Source of the DNA: a virus
Taxonomy: Duplodnaviria; Caudoviricetes
Length of the DNA: 64,000 nt
Virus record (IMG/VR): IMGVR_UViG_2974670102_000001
Location: 64,001 to 128,000 of that record
Reading direction: 5' to 3' (one strand)
In this document: in pieces, positions 1 through 8,673 of the stretch
Numbering within the stretch: position 1 is the first letter of the stretch
Layout: every line of letters begins with the position of its first letter
Notes under the pieces: model-generated
Seen by the model: the letters and a program-made list of their open reading frames with translations, nothing else
Database searches by the model: none
What the model was told of the DNA's origin: nothing
Made by a program: the position numbers and the translations under genes

Positions 1-113
1 ATCTTCGACGACGCTACGTTAGCATCGATCTCGTCACAGAGGATTTCCGCAACGTGTTCATACTTCTGCTTGTGTAGTAGTTCAACTACTTGGTCTACGG
101 TACTGGGACTCAA
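1..113 (-). CDS. hypothetical protein, 5' part only (runs off window)
   Basis: AGGAG RBS then TTG at 113; MSPSTVDQVVELLHKQKYEHVAEIL... open to position 1. Confidence 0.55.
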   Translation of the reverse strand, partial: MSPSTVDQVVELLHKQKYEHVAEILCDEIDANVASSK

Positions 114-128
114 TGTCGCTCCTGATGT

Positions 129-157
129 GGAAAGGGGCCCGGTTTCCCGAGCCCCGT
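129..157 (-). terminator. intrinsic terminator after NAMPT
   Basis: GGGGCTCGG-GAAA-CCGGGCCCC then TTT on minus strand. Confidence 0.6.
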
Positions 158-163
158 TGCGTT

Positions 164-1630
164 TTACAGCACGATCAGGTCAGTGTTGTGCGCGTAAGGC
201 TGCGCAAACCGCTTTGCCAGTTCGGCCCCGGCTTCGGCCGCCGCACGCACCTCACTGAACGTCTGCTCGTTGAACAGCTTGCCGTCTTCGTAGACAGTGC
301 GCAGGATGTTTTCCCGAGCCCCGAGTTCCGACGACTGAATGACTTCGAGGATGCCGCTCTCGTTGCGGACCACCGCGAGGTGCCCCTTGAGCGACTTCTT
401 CGACGACGCAGTGATCGGGTCCTTCATAATCCCGGTCCATGCCTCGCGGCCATTCGTGACAGCACTTGCCTTCTGGGCGTGACCCAGTACATCCCGGTTG
501 GTGGCTTGAAGCAGTGCGCCACCCATGCCGAATGCTACGTTCTCGGCACTGAACCCATGGAGTTCGAGGGCCCGCAGAATCGCGATGATCGAATCACGGT
601 TCACACCGTCACCCTGAATCACACGCACGCTCGGATGGAGCACCTTGAAGCCCTTGCTGTTGGTCGTCGTCCCGAAGCTTGCGGCCAGCGACTTGACGCA
701 GTACAGCACCACGGAAACCGGGTCTCCCGAGTCCGGGCGAATGACGACACGCCCACCCTTCGACAAGACCTTCTCCTTCAACTGCTTGCCCCAGATGTTG
801 TCGACAGCATTGTAGATGTCGTATGCATCCGAGACGCAGGCATACACGCGCCCTTCCCCACCGAACTTGTCGATCATGTTCGAGTAGGCGTCGGCTTCGC
901 GGTCGCGACCCCACGAAGTCACCGTGAAGTGCTCCATGGCCGGGATCGAGAAACCAGCGGCAGTTTCGTCGTAGTAACGACGAGCCGCCACCAGTGCCGG
1001 AACCGTATCGGTCCCGAGGAAGTTCACGAGGTGGGCCATGCCACCCAGTGCTGCCGTTTGCACCGACGATGCGCCACGTGCTCCGAAGTCGTGCAGCATA
1101 AACTTAACTGCGGACTCAGGATCGTCACACGTGCGGTTGAGAAACGCGCGCAGGTCCTGCTTGATGTGCCACGAGAGCGTTGCGACAGCCGTTGCGTACC
1201 ATACAGCGCGCAACAGTCGCGTCTCCATGAACTGACCGAGTTCTGCGAGTCCCGGAGCCGTGTTCCGCACTTGGTAATACGGGACGTGGTTCGGGACGAG
1301 CGTACCCTCGGGCAGAGCCGAAATGCTCACGGGCGGAAGACCACCGTGCTCGTTGACGATACGCATGAACTGCTCGTACGGGAACGTTCCCGAGTGAGCC
1401 ATCGCGATATCACGAGCCTCTTCTACTTGTTCGCGCGTCAGCGGGTTTGCCACGATATTCCGCAACTCTGCCTGAAGGCCGAAGAAGATGGAAGCGCGGT
1501 ATTCCTTGTCCGACCGTGCCGAGCAGTACGACGATGCGAACTGGACTCCGGCCGGAAGCTGCTCCGAATGGCTCCATTTGTAGCTGTCGGTGTCGAGCGC
1601 GAACGAGATAGCGAGATTGGTATTTTCCAT
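164..1630 (-). CDS. nadV: nicotinamide phosphoribosyltransferase (NAMPT)
   Basis: Motifs DTDSYKWSH, HDFGARG, GTDT, IPAMEH, SDAYD, VIRPDSGDP, RVIQGDG, FGMGGALLQ; ATG at 1630 follows AGGAG. Confidence 0.95.
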   Translation of the reverse strand: MENTNLAISFALDTDSYKWSHSEQLPAGVQFASSYCSARSDKEYRASIFFGLQAELRNIVANPLTREQVEEARDIAMAHSGTFPYEQFMRIVNEHGGLPPVSISALPEGTLVPNHVPYYQVRNTAPGLAELGQFMETRLLRAVWYATAVATLSWHIKQDLRAFLNRTCDDPESAVKFMLHDFGARGASSVQTAALGGMAHLVNFLGTDTVPALVAARRYYDETAAGFSIPAMEHFTVTSWGRDREADAYSNMIDKFGGEGRVYACVSDAYDIYNAVDNIWGKQLKEKVLSKGGRVVIRPDSGDPVSVVLYCVKSLAASFGTTTNSKGFKVLHPSVRVIQGDGVNRDSIIAILRALELHGFSAENVAFGMGGALLQATNRDVLGHAQKASAVTNGREAWTGIMKDPITASSKKSLKGHLAVVRNESGILEVIQSSELGARENILRTVYEDGKLFNEQTFSEVRAAAEAGAELAKRFAQPYAHNTDLIVL

Positions 1631-1634
1631 GATT

Positions 1635-1693
1635 TGCAACTCCTGTTGCTGAAAGGTTGAGAAACCGTGTGCTCTTGCTCACGGGTACTACGG
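1635..1693 (-). promoter_or_regulatory. conserved two-hairpin 5' leader, copy 1
   Basis: CCGTGAGC-AAGA-GCACACGG hairpin plus GCAAC-AGGA-GTTGC hairpin over the RBS; same architecture at 3190-3250. Confidence 0.65.
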
Positions 1694-1707
1694 CACTGCT
1701 CACGCGC

Positions 1708-2031
1708 TCACTCTTGGAGTCGCGCTTCTTCTGACGGCAGGCCAATGTCTTTTGCACCGGCCGCCGCCAACTCCTTGATCCTGTTGATCGTTGTTTCCTT
1801 CATGGAGACATACGAACGCCTTCCGTCTTCCGTGCGCACGGGCACCAGACGCGACTTCGGGAACTTGTTGATAGCGCAGTCCATCGCATCGTGGATGATA
1901 GGTGTCGGGGCCGTTCGGAGACCACGACATGCTGCCTGATCCTTCGGCATGAACTGCCACGCAGGCGGCCCATCGATGATTCGGATTTGAGCGTTGTCCG
2001 GAAATTCGAAAGTTGCCACGCACACCCCCAT
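1708..2031 (-). CDS. hypothetical protein between the two NAD genes
   Basis: 107-aa ORF with its own sigma70-like promoter (TTGACT-17-CAGAAT, 2050-2078). Confidence 0.6.
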   Translation of the reverse strand: MGVCVATFEFPDNAQIRIIDGPPAWQFMPKDQAACRGLRTAPTPIIHDAMDCAINKFPKSRLVPVRTEDGRRSYVSMKETTINRIKELAAAGAKDIGLPSEEARLQE

Positions 2032-2081
2032 GAATTAAACAGTACAGCTATTCTGCCAGACTTCGGTCGATCAGTCAAACA

Positions 2082-3188
2082 TTAATCGACAGGGATGAGA
2101 TCGATCATCTTCTGGACGATGAAGAAGTGGTCGCTGTACATTTCCTTCGGGTCCAGCAGGCCGAGCGGCACCCACCGAACTTCCGCGAAGTCGTCGTCGG
2201 CCTTCACCTCGATCAGCTTCTCTGCGTCGTTCAGCAGGTACAGGTAGGCGTGCGTGACGATACGACCACGCGTCTCGCCACGGTTCGGGTCCGAGAACAC
2301 ATGCTTGAATCGGAAAGCCAGCTTCATCGTGTCACGGCTCACCCGAATGCACGTCTCTTCGACAGCTTCACGGCACGAAGTGTTGAAGATGGTTTCGCCT
2401 GCGTGGGCAAACCCACCCGGCAGCGCCCACAGGCCCTTGCCCGGATTGAACTTGCGTCGCCCCAGCAGAACGTGGCCACTCTGGATGATCACCGAGTCTG
2501 CCGTCGTCATGATCGGCGCGTAGCTCTTGCCCTTGCCATCGCGACCACGGTAGCCGTGCTCTTCCAGATACTCCTTCGAGAACTTGATCTCGGCGTTGAG
2601 CGCGTCGATCACGTCGAGGTGTGCCCAGCCCCAGTGTTTGAGATAGGATTTCACTTCCGGATGCACGAGTTCCGTGATATCCGTGATGCCCTGTTCCCAA
2701 CACTGACCGCCACCGAACAACAGGTTGCGGACCGTCGTTGCGTCCAGCACTTCTCCGTTGACATTGAAACTGTTGACGCAGCGCGAATCCCACTGCGGGA
2801 ACTTCTTCAGGTAGTAGGACGAGTCGTCCTTCGAGTGGCCGATCAATCGGACCTCGACCTCGTGACCGCCAGCCCGAATCATCTGCACGTAGCGGTCGAC
2901 CTCGCGATGCACGGCCGCCATCCACTTGAAGTCGTTCTCGTGGAGGAAGTCGTCCAGCGTTTCGAACGCGATCTTGCTCACATTCTCCTGCTCACCATAG
3001 ACGGCGCGAAGCATGTCGATCACTTCGCATGCGGTCCACGGATTCTTGACGGTGCGCGGACGGTTTGCCGAGCCCACCAGAACCAACGTCAGGTCCGAGA
3101 TCGCAAGACTCGTATCGATGATCTGCTGGTGGCCGAGGTGGAGAGGGCGAAAGCGGCCGATGAAGACCGAAAGTTTCTTGATGCTCAT
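2082..3188 (-). CDS. nadM: bifunctional NMN adenylyltransferase / ADP-ribose pyrophosphatase (NadM-Nudix, NatV-like)
   Basis: GRFRPLHLGH (HxGH), KNPW, GHSKDDSSYYLKKFPQW, Nudix box GGFAHAGETIFNTSCREAVEET, DPNR, ADDD, DH. Confidence 0.95.
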   Translation of the reverse strand: MSIKKLSVFIGRFRPLHLGHQQIIDTSLAISDLTLVLVGSANRPRTVKNPWTACEVIDMLRAVYGEQENVSKIAFETLDDFLHENDFKWMAAVHREVDRYVQMIRAGGHEVEVRLIGHSKDDSSYYLKKFPQWDSRCVNSFNVNGEVLDATTVRNLLFGGGQCWEQGITDITELVHPEVKSYLKHWGWAHLDVIDALNAEIKFSKEYLEEHGYRGRDGKGKSYAPIMTTADSVIIQSGHVLLGRRKFNPGKGLWALPGGFAHAGETIFNTSCREAVEETCIRVSRDTMKLAFRFKHVFSDPNRGETRGRIVTHAYLYLLNDAEKLIEVKADDDFAEVRWVPLGLLDPKEMYSDHFFIVQKMIDLIPVD

Positions 3189-3189
3189 G

Positions 3190-3250
3190 TGCAACTCCTG
3201 TTGCTAGTGGGTTAAAAGCGAGGCTCTTGCCTCACCTACTCTTTACTACG
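3190..3250 (-). promoter_or_regulatory. conserved two-hairpin 5' leader, copy 2, with upstream GTAGTAAAG motif
   Basis: GTGAGGC-AAGA-GCCTCGC hairpin plus a 16-mer AGCAACAGGAGTTGCA identical to copy 1. Confidence 0.65.
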
Positions 3251-3259
3251 GGGCCCAGT

Positions 3260-3493
3260 TTAAACCGAAACCCCAAGAAGTTCAAGCTCACCTTTCGTGA
3301 TCTTGATCTTCAGTCGCGTAACCGCCAGTTCCTTCTGGGCACTACGGATGTCGTAGGCCGCGCGGTACGAGATTTGGGACGATTCGTTGAGAAGGTCGAC
3401 GAGCGCCGTGGTGTCGGCCTCAAGCCCGACCTCGATGATCGAGAGTTTGCGCAGGCGGCGCTTCAGGATCGCGATCTTGAATTTCTTGAACAT
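3260..3493 (-). CDS. small coiled-coil hypothetical protein
   Basis: Co-directional ORF; promoter TTGACG-16-TAGAAT at 3527-3554; start uncertain (3493 or 3520). Confidence 0.55.
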   Translation of the reverse strand: MFKKFKIAILKRRLRKLSIIEVGLEADTTALVDLLNESSQISYRAAYDIRSAQKELAVTRLKIKITKGELELLGVSV

Positions 3494-3545
3494 ATGAAAA
3501 AGCCCCTGTGGTTTAGACAAGGGCTTATTCTACAGCAACAACGTT

Positions 3546-5444
3546 TTACGTCAAGTACTTCGTGGTGAATTGCGCCCACGTCATGGCTTTCGATCCAGCC
3601 TTCTCGATCTTGCCCACGAACTTCGCGCCTTCACGGTACAGCAGCACCGTCATCTTCGAGCCGTAGGGCACAACCGTGCCGCCCAGACTTTCGACTTTGG
3701 CCTCTTCGTCCTTTGAACGGTAGCTCGTCCATGCGACGTTGACGCCCGCCAACTTGGTGCCTGATGCCTGCTTCTTCTGCGGCAGATCGCCGTCGATCTT
3801 GATCATGCCTTTGAGCGGCCGATACCATTTGCGGAACTCATACACGCCCTTGACCAGAACTTCGATGGTGGCGTGTTTGAACCCACGAATCTTCCCGACC
3901 TCGTTCCAGATGCCGTGCCTGTCGAGGTTGCAAAGCGTTTTCATGCTCATGCCTGCCTCTTCAAGCTGTGCCAGTTTCCGGACACCCATACCGCCTTCGG
4001 TGAAGCAACCGCTTGCCACCATCAGGGACTTGAGCGAGACCGGAGCGCATAGCACACGCTTCAGTTCCCGCATCATCTTCGGCCACTGTGCCTTTCCGAA
4101 CTCGGCAATGCATCCAGCCTCGAACGCCGATGGCAGCGGCTGTGTCGCCACCTGCACCAACTTGTCGGTCGTCGTGATGCCCATATCGTACAGCTTGGCC
4201 AACGACTTCTCCGCGAACTGCTCGATGCCGAGCGTCGTGCAGAAGAAGTGCAGGCGACGCACGTCTGTCACCGTCGTGTCATTGTCGAGTGCATACACGA
4301 ACCGACCACGGAACTCATACGGGCCCGGGGGCGGCGTCCATGCCGCGCGCTTGACCGTCCCCACGATCTTCGGGATCACGTCGCCCGAGCGCAGAATCCG
4401 GACAAGCGCCCCCACACCGATACCCTTCTCCTTCATCCACGTTGCATTGTGGGCCGTTGCCTGCGTTACAGTCACACCGTCGATCTCAATAGGTTTGATC
4501 TTGATCTTCGGTTGCCAGCGGCCGAGGCGCGTCTTCTTCCACTGGATGGCAATCACCTCTACCACATCGGCGTTTGCTTCGTCATTGACCTTGAACGCGA
4601 ACATTCGCTTTGGCTTGTCCGCGCTATCGTAGTCCATCACGAAGTCCACGGGGCTCACAACAAACCCGTCCAGCCGGTATGGGCTCAGGTAGCGCGCCTT
4701 GTTAAGCTGCTCCGTCAGGTACGCAGCATCCAGCTTGTCCAGACGGCCATAGGTAACGACCTCGAACCCCCACGTGTCTGCGTTCTTGAGGCTGCGCAGC
4801 AACAGCGTTTCGTCCGCATTCGGGTATATGCCGAGCACGACCAGTGACACGTCCTTGAGAGCCCGTGACGACCACGACCGGTTGAACAGGCCGTTGACCA
4901 TAGCCCGTGCGTTCTCGAACCCGTTCTCACCTGCTGCCTGCTTGCTGTACTTCTTCTGGAACTTCTCGTCGGCCATCAGGGCTTCGAGGCGCAACACGGT
5001 CTGCGCCTTAGTCGGGATAGTGGCCGGGATACGCTTGTATTCCACCAGTTTCGGGATCAGGTACGACACGTCGCGCCCAACCTCACCGTCACCACGGGTG
5101 ATCAGCATTCTGGGCTTGCGGCCCTTATACACGAGTTGCAGGCTCGTGCCGTCCAGCTTAGACATCCCGAAGTACTTGGTGGTCGAGGGCTCGCGCTTTG
5201 CGAACTTGGGCACGTCTTCCGGATACGCCTTTTCCAAGCTTGGCATAAAGTGCACGAGTTCGACCGCTTCCTTCTCGTCCGCTATACGTACGCCAGTCTG
5301 GTCGAGTTCTTTCCAGTCCGGCGCACGTTTGCGAAGCTGGTCTTCGAGGTGATCGAATTCCGGATCGCTGATAATCTCCTTCTCTTCGTTGTAGTACGCC
5401 CACTTGGCGCGCACGTACAACTCCTTCATTTCAGAAAGCTTCAT
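3546..5444 (-). CDS. ligA: NAD-dependent DNA ligase
   Basis: Domain Ia (YY..ISDPEFD), KLDG adenylation motif, TRGDG, RLE, DGFVV, AFK, TAHN, RSGDVIPKI, C-terminal BRCT-like segment; ATGA coupling with upstream gene. Confidence 0.93.
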   Translation of the reverse strand: MKLSEMKELYVRAKWAYYNEEKEIISDPEFDHLEDQLRKRAPDWKELDQTGVRIADEKEAVELVHFMPSLEKAYPEDVPKFAKREPSTTKYFGMSKLDGTSLQLVYKGRKPRMLITRGDGEVGRDVSYLIPKLVEYKRIPATIPTKAQTVLRLEALMADEKFQKKYSKQAAGENGFENARAMVNGLFNRSWSSRALKDVSLVVLGIYPNADETLLLRSLKNADTWGFEVVTYGRLDKLDAAYLTEQLNKARYLSPYRLDGFVVSPVDFVMDYDSADKPKRMFAFKVNDEANADVVEVIAIQWKKTRLGRWQPKIKIKPIEIDGVTVTQATAHNATWMKEKGIGVGALVRILRSGDVIPKIVGTVKRAAWTPPPGPYEFRGRFVYALDNDTTVTDVRRLHFFCTTLGIEQFAEKSLAKLYDMGITTTDKLVQVATQPLPSAFEAGCIAEFGKAQWPKMMRELKRVLCAPVSLKSLMVASGCFTEGGMGVRKLAQLEEAGMSMKTLCNLDRHGIWNEVGKIRGFKHATIEVLVKGVYEFRKWYRPLKGMIKIDGDLPQKKQASGTKLAGVNVAWTSYRSKDEEAKVESLGGTVVPYGSKMTVLLYREGAKFVGKIEKAGSKAMTWAQFTTKYLT

Positions 5445-5632
5445 TCCACAATCCCGTTGTCTTCGACATGCTTCACGAATTGCGTGATCTCGGTCCACGC
5501 GCGATCAAACTTCGGATCGCTGTTCCAGTAGGTGCCAAGCAACGCATCCATTTCGCCCTTGGCACGCGCCCACGCTTGTGCGCGCATCGTCTTGAGTAGT
5601 TGTTCGTTACAGATGGACAATCGTTTCTCCAT
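5441..5632 (-). CDS. hypothetical protein
   Basis: MEKRLSICNE...; stop overlaps ligase start. Confidence 0.6.
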   Translation of the reverse strand: MEKRLSICNEQLLKTMRAQAWARAKGEMDALLGTYWNSDPKFDRAWTEITQFVKHVEDNGIVE

Positions 5633-5635
5633 AGT

Positions 5636-5666
5636 CAAAGGGCGGCTCCGAAGAACCGCCCTTGGG
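5636..5666 (-). terminator. hairpin with cUUCGg loop
   Basis: AAGGGCGGTTC-TTCG-GAGCCGCCCTTT. Confidence 0.55.
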
Positions 5667-5669
5667 GGC

Positions 5670-5921
5670 TTACACCTCTGCGTGTTCCTCGATGTACTCC
5701 GCAAACTGCTGCGGCGTCTGGAGCGTCACGGTCTCGGTGTTGTACTGCTCTTCACCGAAGCTCATGCTGAACTCGTCTTCGAGGGCCATCAGAAAGTCGG
5801 TCAGGTCGAGATCGTCGAAATGGTTCAGAAGTTTTGTGCCCGGAACCACGATCACCGCGTCGTCGCGCAGCAGGTCTTGGGCTTCTTGCATTACGACCGT
5901 CAGAATCTGATGAAAATCCAC
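5670..5921 (-). CDS. acyl carrier protein homolog lacking the phosphopantetheine serine
   Basis: Acidic 83 aa; DDLDLTDFLMALEDEF aligns with ACP DSLDxVELVMALEEEF; C-terminal T..Q...YIEEH. Confidence 0.8.
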   Translation of the reverse strand: MDFHQILTVVMQEAQDLLRDDAVIVVPGTKLLNHFDDLDLTDFLMALEDEFSMSFGEEQYNTETVTLQTPQQFAEYIEEHAEV

Positions 5922-5956
5922 TTGCTTGTTTCCTTTGCTTCGGTTGATGGTTGGTG

Positions 5957-6409
5957 TTACTTGATGCCGAGGATTCGGCGGTCTTCGGCACTCAGGCCGT
6001 CCAGCAGTTCTTTACGACGGACCGCGTCCCGCTTCTGCGCGTCACGCTGTTCTTCCAGATACGCCATCGACCGGTCGAAAACCTCGAACTCCCAGTCTTC
6101 GGATGCCACGTTGATGAACTCCGTGGTTTCTTCGGTGTGGCTGAAGTTGCCTTGAACGTCAAGGCATACCATCGGGAATTCAATGTCGAAGCCCGGATAC
6201 AGAAGCGTTGCGCCGTACGCGAACGGATTCTTGATCGCGAATCGCACGTCGAAGCCGAGTGCGGCAGCGCGTACCATGGCCGCCCAGACGCGCGGCTCGT
6301 TGGCCTTCAACTTCTCTTCACGTTCGCGCTGGGCCGCGTCCACCATAGCCTGCGTCTCGGCCTTGGTGCGCATGCTGCGGGCACGCGGGGTCACTTTCTT
6401 AGTTGCCAT
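5957..6409 (-). CDS. hypothetical protein
   Basis: AAGGAG RBS, phage-like codon use. Confidence 0.75.
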   Translation of the reverse strand: MATKKVTPRARSMRTKAETQAMVDAAQREREEKLKANEPRVWAAMVRAAALGFDVRFAIKNPFAYGATLLYPGFDIEFPMVCLDVQGNFSHTEETTEFINVASEDWEFEVFDRSMAYLEEQRDAQKRDAVRRKELLDGLSAEDRRILGIK

Positions 6410-6417
6410 GATGCTCC

Positions 6418-6822
6418 TTATGCGAGGGTCGCGATGTGGCCAGCGTGCTTATGGCGCGGCGTATTCACGCAGCCTTCAGCACGAATCCGGTTGGTCAGGT
6501 AGTCGTCGGCCAGCACATGCATGACGTGCGAGCACGTGACATAGGTGTGCGGGCTGTCGTACGACTTCTGTCGCGCGATCTCGGAGTCGAGACGGTCGCG
6601 TTCGACTGCGTAGGTCCAACCGTCCGGCCGCGCGAACCCGTCTTCGTGTTCCGTCCACTCGATGGCCAGAACCACGGTCCCGGTGATCGGGTGGCCGACC
6701 GCACACTCGGGGGCCGGTTGAATCTCCGACTTGATGCGGTCCGTTGCCGGGCTCACAATCTCGCGTTGATGACGACGGGCTGCTCGGTGAGCCTCTTCTT
6801 CGGCCATTGCAAAATTCATCAT
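6418..6822 (-). CDS. hypothetical protein
   Basis: GGAGG RBS, ATGA overlap. Confidence 0.7.
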   Translation of the reverse strand: MMNFAMAEEEAHRAARRHQREIVSPATDRIKSEIQPAPECAVGHPITGTVVLAIEWTEHEDGFARPDGWTYAVERDRLDSEIARQKSYDSPHTYVTCSHVMHVLADDYLTNRIRAEGCVNTPRHKHAGHIATLA

Positions 6823-7499
6823 CGTTTGTCCTCCAGATAGGTGATGGGGCTGTTGCTGTTTTTGAGTGCCGTAGCCAGTCCGAGGCGCGTCAAAGCTGCC
6901 TGAGCGTACGACGTGATTTCGGTCTTTGCCTTCGACAGCGTGTTCTCGATGTACTCACCGAATTGACGCAGCACGAAGTTCAGGTTCGACTTCACGTTCA
7001 TGCGAGCCGACTCGACGTGCCCCAGCAATTCGTCGCGCTGCTTGGAAGACAGCTTCGCTTCCCCCAGCTTCTCGGCCAGCACATCGAGCGCGTCCAACGC
7101 GTTCTGTGCGTACTTCCGTGTGTCAGCCCGGAACTTCGGTGCGACCTCAGCAATGTGCGGAATCTGCGGAATCGACTGCCCGTTGTAGCGGGTCAGCGTA
7201 CACGGAACGCCGCTGCCCAGACCCATACTCGACACCAGCGACGCGAACTGGGCTTCCGACATCACGACCTCGATCAACTGGCCCGTATGCGACTGCATGT
7301 GCTGGTCTTCAGCGTAGCGTCGATACTGTTTCGACATGTTGATCGTCAGCGAGATCGAGTGCTGGTGCTCGAAGTCCGAGCCGTACAAATACTGGGTGCC
7401 GGAGCGGCGCGTGATCGCGATCTGGGCAAACGCAGGATGCTCGTAGCGGATACGATCACCCTCGTTGAACTCCTTCACGTCTTCGAATTGCGTTGCCAT
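6819..7499 (-). CDS. phage hypothetical protein
   Basis: AAGGAGG RBS, own promoter. Confidence 0.8.
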   Translation of the reverse strand: MATQFEDVKEFNEGDRIRYEHPAFAQIAITRRSGTQYLYGSDFEHQHSISLTINMSKQYRRYAEDQHMQSHTGQLIEVVMSEAQFASLVSSMGLGSGVPCTLTRYNGQSIPQIPHIAEVAPKFRADTRKYAQNALDALDVLAEKLGEAKLSSKQRDELLGHVESARMNVKSNLNFVLRQFGEYIENTLSKAKTEITSYAQAALTRLGLATALKNSNSPITYLEDKR

Positions 7500-7526
7500 G
7501 AATCCTCCTTGGTATACAGTGACGCT

Positions 7527-7555
7527 ATTTTATTCTATCAGTCGCTATGCGTCAA
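7527..7555 (-). promoter_or_regulatory. sigma70-type early promoter
   Basis: TTGACG-17-TAAAAT. Confidence 0.65.
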
Positions 7556-7939
7556 CCGTTCCCAGTCACGCTTCGTCGGGGACCACGTGTAGCTATTGTC
7601 GTCGCCCGATGCGTAGAAATCGAGAGCGCGAAGCGCGCCCGCGCCGTAGCCAGCGTTCGTGAACGACTGTGCGAATGTAGCACCACCCAAGATGACCCTG
7701 CGGTGACCGTCGAGCCAGTACAGCGTGTACTTGGACGGGTAGTCGGAGGATTCCGGCGTCGCCATGTTCAGGATCGACACGTCACTGATGACGTTGGCTT
7801 CGGCGTATGCTTCGGCCTCTTCGTAGCTGTCGAAGGGCATCGCGTCTGCAATGTCCAGCGTGTGGCTGTGGTGGGATTGGAAGCCCTCCGGGTACGTGAC
7901 GAATCCGAGGCTTGCTTCGTAGAGGTAGTGAGTGGTCAT
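7538..7939 (-). CDS. hypothetical early protein
   Basis: CAGGAG RBS, directly after promoter. Confidence 0.75.
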   Translation of the reverse strand: MTTHYLYEASLGFVTYPEGFQSHHSHTLDIADAMPFDSYEEAEAYAEANVISDVSILNMATPESSDYPSKYTLYWLDGHRRVILGGATFAQSFTNAGYGAGALRALDFYASGDDNSYTWSPTKRDWERLTHSD

Positions 7940-7969
7940 GGCTGCTCCTGTTAAGTTGTCGATGTGAGA

Positions 7970-7998
7970 ACTATACAGGTCGATTTAATTCAAGGCAA
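7970..7998 (-). promoter_or_regulatory. sigma70-type early promoter
   Basis: TTGCCT-17-TATAGT with T-rich upstream tract. Confidence 0.65.
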
Positions 7999-8000
7999 GC

Positions 8001-8032
8001 AAAAAATGAAAAACCCCGCACTGGGCGGGGTT
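8001..8032 (-). terminator. intrinsic terminator
   Basis: AACCCCGC-CCAGT-GCGGGGTT then TTTCATTTTTT. Confidence 0.75.
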
Positions 8033-8040
8033 CAGATGGT

Positions 8041-8217
8041 TTAGGCGACGGCCTCGACCATGCGGCGGTTCAGGAAAAGCGGCTGCTCCTTGCCCACAAA
8101 CTGCACGGACACGTAGCTGGGTGGGGCCGAATCGTCTTGTAGGATCACGCCAACCTTGTGTTCCGGAAACGATTCTGCTGCTGCACCCACCAACTTCACT
8201 TGATCACCAACTTTCAT
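8041..8217 (-). CDS. 58-aa SH3/KOW-like small protein (not in ORF track)
   Basis: MKVGDQVKLVGAAAESFPEHKVGVILQDDSAPPSYVSVQFVGKEQPLFLNRRMVEAVA. Confidence 0.65.
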   Translation of the reverse strand: MKVGDQVKLVGAAAESFPEHKVGVILQDDSAPPSYVSVQFVGKEQPLFLNRRMVEAVA

Positions 8218-8219
8218 GA

Positions 8220-8657
8220 TTATTGCCTTTCTAAAACAGAGTTGAACGAGCAGGCAAGGTACGCGAGCAGCAGTGACCCAATCATGGCAAGCACATGGGC
8301 ACCTGCGTACACAAGGTATCCGATGTCAAGGGCTATGAGCCCAACGAGTATCAGAAACACCCCGACGTTCCACGGGTGACGAAGCTCACGCCTTTCTTCA
8401 TCTGGTAGATGCCGAAAACCAACGCCCAAAAAGAACGAGGCAGTACCGTCGACGAAGAACAGGGCAAACAGAAAAATCCAGTAGCCCCATTGGAGGTGTG
8501 CGGAGATCGCACACGCGGTCAGCAGCAGCCGGGTAGCCGCGAAGCTGAACCTCTTCACCCACCATCCTACAAACGACCGCATAAACCAACTCCATAGCTG
8601 AGTTTCGATCACATGGCTCGGACCGAGCCCGCGACTTAGAGAGGTGGAACTCTCCAC
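8220..8657 (-). CDS. membrane protein
   Basis: About 4 hydrophobic segments; start uncertain. Confidence 0.6.
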   Translation of the reverse strand: MESSTSLSRGLGPSHVIETQLWSWFMRSFVGWWVKRFSFAATRLLLTACAISAHLQWGYWIFLFALFFVDGTASFFLGVGFRHLPDEERRELRHPWNVGVFLILVGLIALDIGYLVYAGAHVLAMIGSLLLAYLACSFNSVLERQ

Positions 8658-8673
8658 CCTCTATTTACTGCAA

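Noticed and set aside
113-3215. Long plus-strand ORFs 113-1660 and 2127-3215
   Set aside because: Antisense shadows of NAMPT and NadM caused by high-GC3 codon bias; no motifs or RBS.
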